DNA of 61,794 nucleotides from positions 1 to 61,794 of the forward strand of contig JAKFWZ010000070.1 in assembly GCA_021731695.1 (NCBI GenBank), written 5' to 3'. The notes beneath the pieces were generated by a model. That model saw only the letters and a program-made list of their open reading frames with translations, did no database searches and was not told the DNA's origin. This document shows, one piece after another, positions 25,951 through 36,497 of this stretch (position 1 is the stretch's first letter; each line of letters begins with the position of its first letter). The position numbers were made by a program, and so were the translations under genes. Origin of the DNA: Candidatus Daviesbacteria bacterium. GTDB taxonomy: Bacteria; Patescibacteriota; Microgenomatia; Daviesbacterales; UBA10151.

Positions 25951-27693
25951 ATGTGCGGAATTTTCGGAATAATATCATCAGATAATAACGCTCCCACCTC
26001 AACCTACAAAGGCCTTTTAGATATTGAATACCGCGGGTATGATTCGTGGGGTGTGGCCTTCTTAAAAGATAATCAATTTAAAATTGAAAAAGAAATTGGT
26101 TTTTTACCAAAAGATAAAACTTTTGAAAGCGCGGAAGTAGCTGTCGGACATACAAGATGGGCAACTCATGGAGGCGTCACGGAACTTAATGCTCACCCTC
26201 ATACGGATTGCGATAAAAAAATAGTCTTAGTTCATAATGGGATAATCGAGAATTATTTAAGCCTAAAAAAAGAATTAATTGGGCACAAATTAATATCTGA
26301 GACTGACACAGAAATTGCAGTTCATTTAATCGAAGATGAATATCGCCTAACCGGAGATCTGAAAAAAGCAGTATCAAATGTCTTTAAGAAAGTTGATGGT
26401 TTAAATGCTTTTGTGGTTTCAAATGGTTCTCAGATTGTTGCTGTTAAAAAAGGCTCACCGGTTGTTGCCGGATCTGCGGCTAACGGCTCAATTGTTGCTT
26501 CTGATCCCAATGCGATTTTACCTCATACGAACAAACTATTATTTCTTGAAGATAATGACTTAATTGAAATTGATAAAAGCGGAATCAAACTTTTTGACGC
26601 GCATACTCTTTTAGAAAAAGATGTTAAATATACTGATGTTGATTGGAAATATCAGGGCGCGGATTTAGCAGATTTTCCGCATTTCATGCTTAAAGAAATT
26701 TACGAACAGCCTAAAGTTTTATTGGCTCTTGCTGAAAATGCTTCGGCTGTTACGGAAATTGCAGAAGATATTAAAAAAGCCTACGGAACATATTTTGTCG
26801 GCTGCGGTACTGCCTCATATGCATGTTTAACCGGTGTTTATTTATTTTCAAAAATTGCGCATAGACATGTTAATTTTTCCATCGGTTCTGAATTTACTTA
26901 TATTCAGGATTACATTAAAAAAGGCAGTTTAGTCGCGGCTGTTTCTCAATCAGGAGAAACTATAGATGTTGTTGAGCCTTTTCAAATTGCAAAAAGAAAA
27001 GAAGCGACACTTGTGGCGATGACTAACGTGATTGGTTCGACTTTATACCGGATGGCAGATAAAAAATTGATGCTTAATGCTGGCCCTGAAAAAGCTGTTG
27101 CAGGTACAAAAAGCTTTACTTCAATGGTCGCGAATATGATTTTACTCGCATATGCCACGGCCGGAGATTTAAAAGCCGGAGTTGAGGTTTTAGAAAAAAG
27201 TGCCAAAGAAATTGAAAAAGTGTTGGAAAAAGCTGATGAAATAAAAGCACTTGCAGATAAACTTCATACTTCAAAAAATATTTATATTTTAGGACGCGGT
27301 CTTTCATATCCTCTGGCTTTAGAAGCTGCTCTAAAGATTAAGGAAATTTCATATATTCATGCTGAAGGATTTGCAGGCGGTGAGTTAAAACACGGTGTTA
27401 TTGCTTTGATTGAGAAAAATACTCCGGTTATTGTTTTTGTTCCTAATGATGAAACAAAGCATGCGATTTTAGCTTCGGCTCAGGAAGTAAAAGCCCGTGG
27501 AGCATTTGTTATTGGAATTGGTGAAGAAGAAACAGAAGTTTTTGATTACTTCTTTAGAGTTGCGGATACAGGGGCATCAAGCATCCTACCGATGGTTGTT
27601 TTCCCTCAGCTTTTATCCTACTATCTGACTGTGAAGCTTGGGTTGAATCCAGATAAGCCAAGGAATTTAGCAAAGTCTGTAGTTGTAAAATAA
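25951..27693 (+). CDS. glmS: Glutamine-fructose-6-phosphate aminotransferase
   Basis: MCGIFG, EYRGYDS, GHTRWATHG, NAHPH, HNGIIEN, SQSGET, LKHG, DKPRNLAKSV. Confidence 0.97.
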   Translation: MCGIFGIISSDNNAPTSTYKGLLDIEYRGYDSWGVAFLKDNQFKIEKEIGFLPKDKTFESAEVAVGHTRWATHGGVTELNAHPHTDCDKKIVLVHNGIIENYLSLKKELIGHKLISETDTEIAVHLIEDEYRLTGDLKKAVSNVFKKVDGLNAFVVSNGSQIVAVKKGSPVVAGSAANGSIVASDPNAILPHTNKLLFLEDNDLIEIDKSGIKLFDAHTLLEKDVKYTDVDWKYQGADLADFPHFMLKEIYEQPKVLLALAENASAVTEIAEDIKKAYGTYFVGCGTASYACLTGVYLFSKIAHRHVNFSIGSEFTYIQDYIKKGSLVAAVSQSGETIDVVEPFQIAKRKEATLVAMTNVIGSTLYRMADKKLMLNAGPEKAVAGTKSFTSMVANMILLAYATAGDLKAGVEVLEKSAKEIEKVLEKADEIKALADKLHTSKNIYILGRGLSYPLALEAALKIKEISYIHAEGFAGGELKHGVIALIEKNTPVIVFVPNDETKHAILASAQEVKARGAFVIGIGEEETEVFDYFFRVADTGASSILPMVVFPQLLSYYLTVKLGLNPDKPRNLAKSVVVK

Positions 27694-27703
27694 AAACAGG
27701 TTC

Positions 27704-27816
27704 AGGGTTATACGGTTAGGAAGCTTGTATCGAAGAAGGGTTTGGAAGATGGTGAAAAAAACACCTAACCACTCTCCGCTAAACCATACGAGCTTCGTTA
27801 CCCTTTAACTCTAAAC
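27704..27816 (-). repeat. ~115-bp dispersed intergenic repeat, copy 1
   Basis: Shares ggtaacgaagctcgtatggt ... ccatcttcc ... accgtataac with 42736 and 52069. Confidence 0.85.
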
Positions 27817-27831
27817 AGATTGCTATAAAAT

Positions 27832-28779
27832 ATGGGTAAACGCGTTTTAGTAACCGGTTCTCTGGCATTTGACATGATCATGGATTTCCCCGGGAAATTT
27901 AGTGATCATATCGACGCCTCTAAATTACATATTTTAAATATTTCCTTTTTAGTAGATTCACTCAAAAAAGAAAGGGGCGGAAATTCTGCAAACATTGCCT
28001 ATACTCTTTCGCTTTTGGGTGTTGACACTGCTGTTTTAAGTTCAGCCGGTGATGATTTTGAGCCTTACGCAAAATTCTTAACCGAACATAATATTAACAT
28101 TGAAAATATTAAGATAATCCCCGGTGAGTCAACAGCTACTGCGATGATCATGACTGATAAATCTGATAACCAAATCAGCGCTTTTTATCCGGGGGCAATG
28201 AGGCAAAATATTAATTTAAGCATAAAGAACATCGCAGTGAAACCTGATTTTGTCGTTATTACTCCTGATTTGCCTGAGGCTATGATTAAATTTGCAACAG
28301 AATGCAAAGAACTTCAAATTCCCTATTTTTTTGATCCGGGTATGCAATTGCCACGATTAACAGATGCTCAGCTTCGTTCGGGTATTAAAGGGGCTGAAGT
28401 TTTAATCGGAAATGATTACGAAATGGGCACAATTAAAAAAAGATTATTCACTACAGAATTTGATTTGCTTAATGATGTGAGAATTTTGATAACGACACTT
28501 GGGGAAAACGGTTCTATGGTTCAGACTAAAAATGATCAATACACGATCGCTCCTGTTAAACCCACAGTTGTTTTAGATCCTACCGGTGCGGGGGATGCTT
28601 ATAGAGCGGGATTTTTAGCCGGATATTTAAAGGAATTAAATTTAAAAATCTGCGGACAAATGGGATCGGTTGCATCTTGCTACGCAATAGAAAAATATGG
28701 TACAACTAACCACGTCTTTAGCCTCGAAGACTTTAAGAAAAGGTATCAGTCGAATTTTGCAGAAGATCTCATTTTTTAG
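27832..28779 (+). CDS. PfkB-family kinase, adenosine kinase-like
   Basis: VTGSLAFDMIMDFPGKF resembles the mycobacterial AdoK N-terminus; DPTGAGDAYRAG; directly upstream of ahcY. Confidence 0.85.
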   Translation: MGKRVLVTGSLAFDMIMDFPGKFSDHIDASKLHILNISFLVDSLKKERGGNSANIAYTLSLLGVDTAVLSSAGDDFEPYAKFLTEHNINIENIKIIPGESTATAMIMTDKSDNQISAFYPGAMRQNINLSIKNIAVKPDFVVITPDLPEAMIKFATECKELQIPYFFDPGMQLPRLTDAQLRSGIKGAEVLIGNDYEMGTIKKRLFTTEFDLLNDVRILITTLGENGSMVQTKNDQYTIAPVKPTVVLDPTGAGDAYRAGFLAGYLKELNLKICGQMGSVASCYAIEKYGTTNHVFSLEDFKKRYQSNFAEDLIF

Positions 28780-28782
28780 TTT

Positions 28783-30036
28783 ATGAAATACGATATTAAA
28801 GATATAAAACTAGCGCCAGCTGGTAAAAAAAGAATAGAATGGGCAGGAGCTCAAATGCCTGTGCTTGAGCTTATTAAGGCACGTTTTAAGAAAGAAAAGC
28901 CTTTAAAAGGAGTTACTTTAGGAGCTTGTCTTCATGTCACTGCAGAAACTGCAAATTTAATGATTGCTTTAAAGGAAGGCGGTGCAAACCTTGCGCTTTG
29001 CGCATCCAATCCCCTTTCAACCCAAGATGATGTTGCAGCTTCATTAGTCAAGGATTATGGTATTCCAACATTTGCCATTAGAGGTGAAGATAAAAAAAGT
29101 TATTACAAACATTTAAATGATGTTTTAGATTTTCATCCCCAAATTACTACTGATGATGGCGCAGATCTCGTCACTCTTTTGCACACAGAAAGAAAATCTC
29201 AACTTAAAGAAGTAATTGGTTCTGCAGAAGAGACTACAACTGGCGTCATCCGCCTAAAAGCAATGCTAAAAGACGGCGCTTTAAAGATCCCTGTGATGGC
29301 TGTGAACGACTCTGATACTAAACATATGTTTGATAACCGGTACGGAACAGGTCAATCAACAATTGACGGTATTATCCGCGCTACAAATATATTGCTTGCA
29401 GGTAAGAAATTTGTGGTAGCAGGGTTTGGCTGGTGTGGCAGAGGATTGGCCGCAAGAGCGCGCGGTTTAGGGGCCCAAGTTATTGTTACAGAGGTAAATC
29501 CTGTAAAAGCTTTGGAAGCTGTAATGGAAGGGTTCGAGGTTATGCCAATGGATACAGCCGCAAAAATTGCAGATATTATTTGTACAGCAACCGGTGATAA
29601 AGATGTTTTAACCATGAAACATTTTAAATTACTTAAAGAAGGAGCAATTATCTCCAACACCGGACATTTTAATGTTGAACTTGATTACGACGGTTTAATT
29701 AAGGCTGCAAAATCCCGAAGAGTTTTACGAAATAATTTAGAAGAAGTAGTTTTAGGCACAAAAAAGATTTTTGTTTTAGGCGAAGGACGTTTGATAAATC
29801 TGGCAGCAGCTGAGGGTCATCCGCCTGACGTTATGGATATGAGCTTTGCAAATCAGGCATTAGGTGCTGAATTCTTTGCTCAAAACCAAGAAGGGCTTGA
29901 AGTTAAAATTTATACAATTCCGGAAGAAATGGATCAAAATATTGCTTTGTTAAAACTTAATGCAATTGGTGTAAAGATTGATGTTCTAACCCCTGCTCAA
30001 AAGAAATATTTAGAATCTTGGCATGAGGGGACTTAA
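28783..30036 (+). CDS. ahcY: Adenosylhomocysteinase
   Basis: [70 protein letters not shown]. Confidence 0.97.
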   Translation: MKYDIKDIKLAPAGKKRIEWAGAQMPVLELIKARFKKEKPLKGVTLGACLHVTAETANLMIALKEGGANLALCASNPLSTQDDVAASLVKDYGIPTFAIRGEDKKSYYKHLNDVLDFHPQITTDDGADLVTLLHTERKSQLKEVIGSAEETTTGVIRLKAMLKDGALKIPVMAVNDSDTKHMFDNRYGTGQSTIDGIIRATNILLAGKKFVVAGFGWCGRGLAARARGLGAQVIVTEVNPVKALEAVMEGFEVMPMDTAAKIADIICTATGDKDVLTMKHFKLLKEGAIISNTGHFNVELDYDGLIKAAKSRRVLRNNLEEVVLGTKKIFVLGEGRLINLAAAEGHPPDVMDMSFANQALGAEFFAQNQEGLEVKIYTIPEEMDQNIALLKLNAIGVKIDVLTPAQKKYLESWHEGT

Positions 30037-30741
30037 GACAGCCTGTTTTAATTGTCTTGCTTCTTTGAGTAAAGCTTCAGGATCTAAGTAATCCCTAAGA
30101 ATTTCTGCATATCCCGGAAAAACTTCATTATCAAAGGCCGCTTCATCTATCTCATCAGCTTTAAAACTTGTGAAACCAAGAGCAGCTAACCGGTCATTTG
30201 CTTCAATATGAGCGACAACAATATGTCTGTCCCCGTGATATGCTTCTTATGCTTTTTTTCTTTTACCTTCTAAACTTAAATTTTCAGGATAGGTGGTTCT
30301 ACCATTTCTTGATGAGTAGAAAACTTGTGAAACTCCCAGAACGGCCTCTTTGTCGCCAGCCAATTCAGCCCGCCACTGCCGTTTTATAGGTCTGGAAAGC
30401 TGCTCAAGTAGCGCATTATAAGTCAAAACCGCACAGACATGTTCAAGTGAAAGCGGACTTTTTTGAAAATTGTGATCCCTATCTGTGTGTCTTGAAAATC
30501 TACCAGCCATAGAACCAAACGGCAATGCCGCAATTTGAAAGGCGACTGCTGTCTCAAGCCTGTACATTTCAGGACCAATGCCTGTATGCTCATAAACCTG
30601 ACCGGCAAACGATCCAAGTGAGCCTACCTCAAAACCTAAAAGTCGGTGGACTTCTGCATAAGCAGTTAGATCTGTTGTTTCCTTGATAATAGCTATTTGT
30701 TTATCAATAGGAATTATTCGTTTTTGTGGGGCTTCGAGCAT
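30010..30741 (-). pseudogene. Orphan gene interrupted by a single in-frame TAA at 30247-30249
   Basis: 164 codons, TAA, then 78 more open codons in the same frame to TAA at 30010-30012. Confidence 0.6.
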
Positions 30742-30856
30742 TCGGATATTATACTGAAAGAACCAGAAATTATCAAACTATAAGCCGTATTTTGTTTTCT
30801 TGTTCTTTGGGTTCTCATTGAGATTTGAGATTAAAGATACCTACTGCGAGCTCTAT

Positions 30857-30985
30857 ATGAAGCTCCACGGGCTTACGCCCGTGGTTTCTTCTAGCTTCAA
30901 GCGGCTAAGGTCGCTTGTCCTCACACTACGTGTTCGGATAATCTTCATCCGCGAGCTAATGCTCGTGGTTTTAAGATTTGTCGCT
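30857..30985 (-). mobile_element. 129-bp IS200/IS605-type mini-element, copy 2
   Basis: Reverse complement of 15905-16033 with one mismatch; TTAT at its 5' flank. Confidence 0.85.
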
Positions 30986-31056
30986 ATAAAAGAAATATCT
31001 CGAATCGCGGAGTGAAGGTACTTGAATATTTTTTTAATAGATCCTATCATTTCTTT

Positions 31057-31395
31057 ATGACTCCTAAGCAATTCAAAGATCTTTTAAAAGCTGAATTAAA
31101 GCCAATTCTAGAAATAGTTCAAGAAGATTCCAGGATTTTAAAAGAACATAGTGGGATTTTAAAAGAACATAGTGGGATTTTAAAAGAACATAGTGGGATT
31201 TTAAAAGAACATAGTGGGATTTTAAAAGAACATACTAAAAAAATAGATGCACTGATGTCTGAGCTGTATGAGGTTCATAAGTTGGCTGAAGCCACGGCAG
31301 ACATTGTTAAAGCCCGTTACGAAAAGAATAAGAGAGAAATCGACGAGATAAAAGATCATTTGGATCTACCTAAAAAACCCTACTTTGGTAACTGA
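31057..31395 (+). CDS. Coiled-coil protein with tandem ILKEHSG heptads
   Basis: 21-bp unit repeated about 4.9 times; ATG at 31057. Confidence 0.75.
   Translation: MTPKQFKDLLKAELKPILEIVQEDSRILKEHSGILKEHSGILKEHSGILKEHSGILKEHTKKIDALMSELYEVHKLAEATADIVKARYEKNKREIDEIKDHLDLPKKPYFGN
31133..31234 (+). repeat. Perfect 21-bp tandem repeat ggattttaaaagaacatagtg
   Basis: Four full copies plus an 18-nt partial copy. Confidence 0.95.
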
Positions 31396-31662
31396 CTAAT
31401 GTTCATGTTTTAATAAATTAAACGTCTGTCTTTTTGCATCTTTCACACTTTGTCCCCAGGCTTTCGCCGCTTTTTTAAACATATCCTCTATTTCTGAATC
31501 GAGTATCGCGGGTGGGGTTTCTAAATAATGAGCTAAGGCATGCTGGAAATCATGAAGATTCACTTTTCTTTTCTTAGCCAGCGCTTTTAAAGTATCCGTC
31601 GTAATATTATCCGGGTGACTCATGTCATCCTCAGGCATCCTGCATCCGCAATTAAAACACAT
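31396..31662 (-). CDS. Small Cys/His protein (MCFNCGC), possible metal binder
   Basis: N-terminal CxxCxC then D/H motif; next to the metal locus. Confidence 0.7.
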   Translation of the reverse strand: MCFNCGCRMPEDDMSHPDNITTDTLKALAKKRKVNLHDFQHALAHYLETPPAILDSEIEDMFKKAAKAWGQSVKDAKRQTFNLLKHEH

Positions 31663-31701
31663 AAACTTGATTATAGCGCACGGCGTGATAGAATCGAACG
31701 C

Positions 31702-32601
31702 ATGAAGATGAGTTTTAAGACTTTTTTTGTGTTTGTGCTGATTACAGTAATTACTATATCAGCTATACTATTCTTTTCCTCTGGAAATAAATCTGAACAA
31801 CCCACAACAAATCATACCCAAATGCAGATGTCTGAAGTCATGCAAAATATGCCTGGCATGCAGGGCGATAAAACCAAAAGATATTCAGTTGATTGGGATT
31901 ATGAGGAACCAGTTATGCCTGGCTCCCCTGTTATAATGAGATTCAGGGTGTTTAATGCTTCAAGCGGAGAACCAGTTGGTGTATTCACTAAAAATTACAC
32001 AAAGCTGATGCATTTGATTATCGCAGACAGCTCGCTTACGGACTATCAGCATCTGCATCCGGAATACAAAGACGGCTGGTTTGAGATATCGGTAATTTTT
32101 CCGGAGGAAGGCAGGTACAATCTTTATCTTGATTTTGTGCCTTTAGGAGGAATTGAACAGCAAATTGGTATGAGCCTTAAAACTGCAAATTTTACTGAGG
32201 AAGAAGAGACTAAAAATGAGGAAGATCTGAGCACAAAAAAGGTAGAAGGTTACAAAATTGCTCTTAAATTTACCGGACCACTTAAAGCAGATATGCTGTC
32301 AAAAATGGAGCAAAAGCTTACTTTTGAAATAACACAAAACGAACAACCTGTAACCGCGCTTAAGCCTTACCTTGGAGCATTCGGGCACATGGTGATGATT
32401 AATACAGAAACATTTGACTATTATCATGTACATCCAGTGCAAAACGTTGAACTAAAAGAGGATGCTATTGGCGGCCCGAATGTTGAATTTGCGCCTATGG
32501 CAATATATCAACAGTTTAAACCGGGAAATTACCGGATCTTTGCCCAGTTTAATCCAGACGGGAACTTGATTACAGTGCCATTTACTGTCAATGTAGAATA
32601 G
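31702..32601 (+). CDS. Secreted heavy-metal (Cu)-associated protein with two His-motif domains
   Basis: Met-rich linker; KLMHLII..YQHLHP and PYLGAFGHMV..YYHVHP. Confidence 0.7.
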   Translation: MKMSFKTFFVFVLITVITISAILFFSSGNKSEQPTTNHTQMQMSEVMQNMPGMQGDKTKRYSVDWDYEEPVMPGSPVIMRFRVFNASSGEPVGVFTKNYTKLMHLIIADSSLTDYQHLHPEYKDGWFEISVIFPEEGRYNLYLDFVPLGGIEQQIGMSLKTANFTEEEETKNEEDLSTKKVEGYKIALKFTGPLKADMLSKMEQKLTFEITQNEQPVTALKPYLGAFGHMVMINTETFDYYHVHPVQNVELKEDAIGGPNVEFAPMAIYQQFKPGNYRIFAQFNPDGNLITVPFTVNVE

Positions 32602-32602
32602 T

Positions 32603-33397
32603 ATGAAACAGGTTTTCATAGCACTGGTTTTACAGATATTCTTGCTTTTATCCCCCACTCCTATTTTTGCCCATGAAACTCAAAGCGATGGACCCATAGG
32701 TGCGATTTTACATGTTGATCCAGGTGATCAACCGGTTGCAGGAAAAAAGAGCTCTTTGTTTTTTGAGTTTACGGATATGGAGGAAAAATTAAACCTTGAT
32801 AATTGTGACTGTAAAGTTTCGATTACAAGGGGTGATCAGGAAATTTTAAGCCAGAGTTTTTCCAGAGTAGATGGCACCGAAGGCACATCCGGCCTTATTG
32901 ATTTTACATTTCCCCAAAGTGACATTTATAAAGCCCGCGTAACCGGTAAACCCAAAGAAGACGGTCAGTTTGCCCCTTTTGATCTGAGCTTCATTATAAG
33001 AGTTGAAAATGATGGTCCAAAAACTATTAGTGAAGCGCACAGTCAGCCTCACAACACTTTTTGGGATCATGTTTTGCATTATATGCCTACGGCTTTGCTC
33101 ATTCTAATTCTGGCTCTTATGTTGGCTTTTGCCCTCAGTAAAGGGAAACTGACTGTACTACTTCTGGCTGCTTTAATAGTTTTTCACTCTCTTCCGGTTA
33201 AGGCAATTCACGCCTCACATTCGGATAGTTTTAGTGTGTATGAATTCGAATGCTGTCTGCCGGTTTCAGCCACTTTACCAAATCAGCCGGTATTAAAGCT
33301 TAATAATATAGCTTTTGATGTTAAGCAGATTTTTCCTCAGCACCTTATTTTAAAGTTAGTTCTTGAAACTCCAAATCCCCGGGCTCCTCCTTATTAA
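32603..33397 (+). CDS. Exported His-rich membrane-anchored protein
   Basis: Signal peptide ending FA-HE (N-terminal His after cleavage), Ig-like domain, TM, RAPP end. Confidence 0.65.
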   Translation: MKQVFIALVLQIFLLLSPTPIFAHETQSDGPIGAILHVDPGDQPVAGKKSSLFFEFTDMEEKLNLDNCDCKVSITRGDQEILSQSFSRVDGTEGTSGLIDFTFPQSDIYKARVTGKPKEDGQFAPFDLSFIIRVENDGPKTISEAHSQPHNTFWDHVLHYMPTALLILILALMLAFALSKGKLTVLLLAALIVFHSLPVKAIHASHSDSFSVYEFECCLPVSATLPNQPVLKLNNIAFDVKQIFPQHLILKLVLETPNPRAPPY

Positions 33398-33440
33398 TTC
33401 CCTTTTTTAAAAACTAAAAAGAGAGGAGGTGAATAAAATT

Positions 33441-34109
33441 ATGAATTTAAAATTTAATATTAAAAGTATTATTCTTTGTCTTGTCGCTTTAGTTACTTTG
33501 CAATTAACAATTACATCAGCTTTTGCACATGTAGTAGTTAAGCCTGCAGAAGTCGGTGTCGGGGCATATCAGACTTTTACAATTGGAGTTCCTAACGAAA
33601 AGGATAACCCGGTGGTCGGACTTCGCTTAGTGATTCCTGAAGGTCTTGAGCATGTTTCACCTAATGTAAAGCCAGGCTGGAATATTCAGATAAAACATGC
33701 GGAATATGTTTCAGCAGCGGAAGAAACTATGGATACTGAACATGACGAGAGACCTGTTACCGAAATAATTTGGACAGGCGGTTTAATTCCGACAGGGCAG
33801 AGAGACGATTTTCTTTTTTCTTCTAAAGCTCCATCTGAAATAGGCGAATTATTTTGGAAGGCTTACCAGACCTATGCTGACGGAACTACTGTTTCATGGG
33901 ATTTAGCGCCGGATACAGATTCTGAAGAAAGTAATTCGGGACCTTATTCAAAAACTACAGTGGTTAATGACTTAGCAGGTAGCGAGAAAAATGAGTTACT
34001 TGCTGTTCAGGCAAAAGACAAATCAGCCAGAAATTTACCGATTATTTTATCGGGAATTGCTATTTTGATTTCGTTCTTTGCTATTGGTTTGCAGTTTAGA
34101 GGTAAGTAG
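33441..34109 (+). CDS. YcnI-family (DUF1775) copper-binding protein
   Basis: RBS aggaggtga; AHVVV, VPNE, KPGW, IIWTGG, QTYADG..V.W; C-terminal TM. Confidence 0.88.
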   Translation: MNLKFNIKSIILCLVALVTLQLTITSAFAHVVVKPAEVGVGAYQTFTIGVPNEKDNPVVGLRLVIPEGLEHVSPNVKPGWNIQIKHAEYVSAAEETMDTEHDERPVTEIIWTGGLIPTGQRDDFLFSSKAPSEIGELFWKAYQTYADGTTVSWDLAPDTDSEESNSGPYSKTTVVNDLAGSEKNELLAVQAKDKSARNLPIILSGIAILISFFAIGLQFRGK

Positions 34110-34148
34110 TATAATACCGGAGTGGTTAATTCCGCTCCGGTATATTCT

Positions 34149-34973
34149 ATGAAGTTTATAATTTTTCTCTTTGCGTTTTTTTTAATTTTTCCAGCTGCAG
34201 TCCATGCACATCTTATTAATGAACCGCCGTATTTCAAAATAAATAATGTTTTTACCGATTTCTATCCTGTCCCCTCAACATCTTACGAGTTTAATTTACC
34301 TCAGGATATTTCTAAGGAAAATTTTTTAGTTGGTCAGGAAATTCCTTTTGAAATCGAAACTGAAGCTTTACCCATTCCACAGGAAATAATAGCTGAAAAA
34401 AAATTTCTGTGGGACTTTGGTGATGGTGAAAAAGCAGAAGGACTAAAGAATACCCATTCTTATTCAAAAATGGGCACTTATATTATAACGATTTATGCTG
34501 ATTCTCAAAATGGATTTGAGCCTCAAATATTACAAACAACTGCAATAAATATTCTGCCTGATGTAGATTATAAATTACCTAAATCAGTTATTAAGGCTAA
34601 TAATAAAACATCAGCTAATCCTTCTATTGAAATTTTAAAGTTAAGTTTGAAAAATAATTTAAATTTCGATGCTTCCCTTTCAGTTGGTGGAAGTTCTGAA
34701 ATTACAGAGTATTTCTGGGATACGGGAGATACTAATTTTAAAAACCAAAAAACTTTTACTTATAACTATCCGAACAATCCGTATATAGTTTTTCCAATCT
34801 TAAGAATTAAAACTAAAGATTGTTTTATTGCAGATTCTTATGTTCAGATCATGGACACAGATGAGAAAACATTTAATTCTTTAAACCTGACAATAATTTT
34901 CATAGGTGTATTAATATCTGCAATTTTAACTTTTATAATCTTCGGGGTTTATATAAAGTTTTTCAAAAAATAG
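34149..34973 (+). CDS. PKD-domain membrane-anchored protein
   Basis: WDFGDG...[12 protein letters not shown]; C-terminal TM. Confidence 0.8.
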   Translation: MKFIIFLFAFFLIFPAAVHAHLINEPPYFKINNVFTDFYPVPSTSYEFNLPQDISKENFLVGQEIPFEIETEALPIPQEIIAEKKFLWDFGDGEKAEGLKNTHSYSKMGTYIITIYADSQNGFEPQILQTTAINILPDVDYKLPKSVIKANNKTSANPSIEILKLSLKNNLNFDASLSVGGSSEITEYFWDTGDTNFKNQKTFTYNYPNNPYIVFPILRIKTKDCFIADSYVQIMDTDEKTFNSLNLTIIFIGVLISAILTFIIFGVYIKFFKK

Positions 34974-35026
34974 CAGAGCTCAGATTTTACAAAGAAGTAT
35001 TGCTAAGTTATACTCAGCAAAACAAA

Positions 35027-35962
35027 ATGGAGTCTACTTACTTCTTAAACTCCTATGACTTACTAATTCTTGTTTTAACTTCCGTCTCCCTAATTGCAGG
35101 GTTTGCTCTAGGCTTCCTCTCAAAACAAAAAATTGAAATGAAAAAGCGGGAAGATGAATTAAAAGAACTAATCCGGCTTGAAAAAAATGCCCGCGAAAAG
35201 GCCGAGGAAGCAATTAGGGCAAGGGATGAATTTCTTTCGATTACTTCGCATGAACTAAAAACTCCTCTGACCACAATTATTTTAAGAATTCAGCAGACTT
35301 TAGACAGTATTTTAAACCAAAGTCTTGCGAATTTTTCCGGAGAAAAATTAGTCAATTCTTTAAATATTGCACAAGCTCAAACGAAAAGACTGCAGCTTCT
35401 AATTAAAGATCTTTTAAATTTTTCACTTATTACAACCGGAAAATTGGAACTTGATTTAAGAGAATCAGATTTAGTAATTATAGTCCGTGAAACAGTTAAC
35501 AGATTTCAGGACCATTTATTAATTGCCGGCTGCGAGTTAAAACTCACATCAGATGAAAAAGTTAAAGGGCTTTGGGATCAAATTAGAATTGAACAGGCAG
35601 TTTCAAATCTTTTAACAAATGCGGTTAAATACGGCGAAGGAGCACCGATTGAGATAGATATTAAAAAGAATAATCATAACAAAGTTTTAATCACTGTTGC
35701 TGATAACGGTATCGGCATTGATCCAAAAAAACAGGGAATTATTTTTGACAGGTTTAAAAGAGCAATAGGTAATCAGGAAAAATTTCAGGGTTTAGGAATC
35801 GGACTTTTTATCGTTAAGCAAATTGTCAGCGCTCATGGAGGTAAAATATCTGTTAAAAGCAAGTTGGGTAAGGGGTCAAGATTTATTATGGAATTGCCAA
35901 TCAGAGAACCTCTTGCACTCGAAACTCCATCTGTTCAAATAATTCCTCCGGCCCAAAGCTAA
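35027..35962 (+). CDS. Orphan sensor histidine kinase
   Basis: H-box [32 protein letters not shown]; single TM; no response regulator nearby. Confidence 0.92.
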   Translation: MESTYFLNSYDLLILVLTSVSLIAGFALGFLSKQKIEMKKREDELKELIRLEKNAREKAEEAIRARDEFLSITSHELKTPLTTIILRIQQTLDSILNQSLANFSGEKLVNSLNIAQAQTKRLQLLIKDLLNFSLITTGKLELDLRESDLVIIVRETVNRFQDHLLIAGCELKLTSDEKVKGLWDQIRIEQAVSNLLTNAVKYGEGAPIEIDIKKNNHNKVLITVADNGIGIDPKKQGIIFDRFKRAIGNQEKFQGLGIGLFIVKQIVSAHGGKISVKSKLGKGSRFIMELPIREPLALETPSVQIIPPAQS

Positions 35963-36206
35963 TCCCAACGGAGTTATTTAGTCATATCTTTTTTCGGGTA
36001 CTGTTTAAAAATAACTCTATGCATTACAACCGTAATTTAACTTTTACATTGGGATAGTCTACCGGCACTTTCCAATAAACTGTTTCAAATCAAGGTGTTG
36101 TGGTTAAGGGTAACAATTTAATCTTTGTGTTTTGAATCTTCTTTACCTTTCTCCATATATTAGATTTTGTTCAAAAAATAAAAGTTTGCAATAAGTACTA
36201 TTAATA

Positions 36207-36422
36207 TTAGTCTTCAACAAATTCAAATCTTTGAACTTTCTTTCCGTTTATCTCAACTTCTTCTGAAAACATTTTTAATGGTCTAACCCAAAGCTTACTT
36301 CTGGGATTGTCATATAAAGCTTCATAAACTACAAATTCTTCTAAAGTTTCTGAATGTTTAGCCGTGCCTAAAACCTGATAAAATTTCCGGGTTTTTGAAT
36401 GTTTATACTTTCCTAATTTCAT
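36207..36422 (-). CDS. DUF1653-family protein
   Basis: GKYKH.K...YQVLGTAKHSETLEEFVVYEALY....LWVRPLKMF. Confidence 0.88.
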   Translation of the reverse strand: MKLGKYKHSKTRKFYQVLGTAKHSETLEEFVVYEALYDNPRSKLWVRPLKMFSEEVEINGKKVQRFEFVED

Positions 36423-36497
36423 ACTACTGGCGGACATAGACGCTAATCGAACATATTAGAAGGATTCTGAAGAGCTATTTTATATTCCAAATTATAT

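Noticed and set aside
27694-27831. SAH/SAM riboswitch before adenosine kinase-ahcY, or ZTP riboswitch before purD (52051-52217)
   Set aside because: Both intervals are copies of the same dispersed ~115-bp repeat, in opposite orientations, and show no riboswitch consensus.
12913-30249. TAA stop-codon reassignment suggested by two in-frame TAAs
   Set aside because: TAA terminates many conserved genes here (glmS, ahcY, crtI region, recombinase), so isolated lesions or base errors are far more likely.
31133-31234. CRISPR-like repeat
   Set aside because: Contiguous 21-bp tandem units with no spacers, lying in frame within a CDS.
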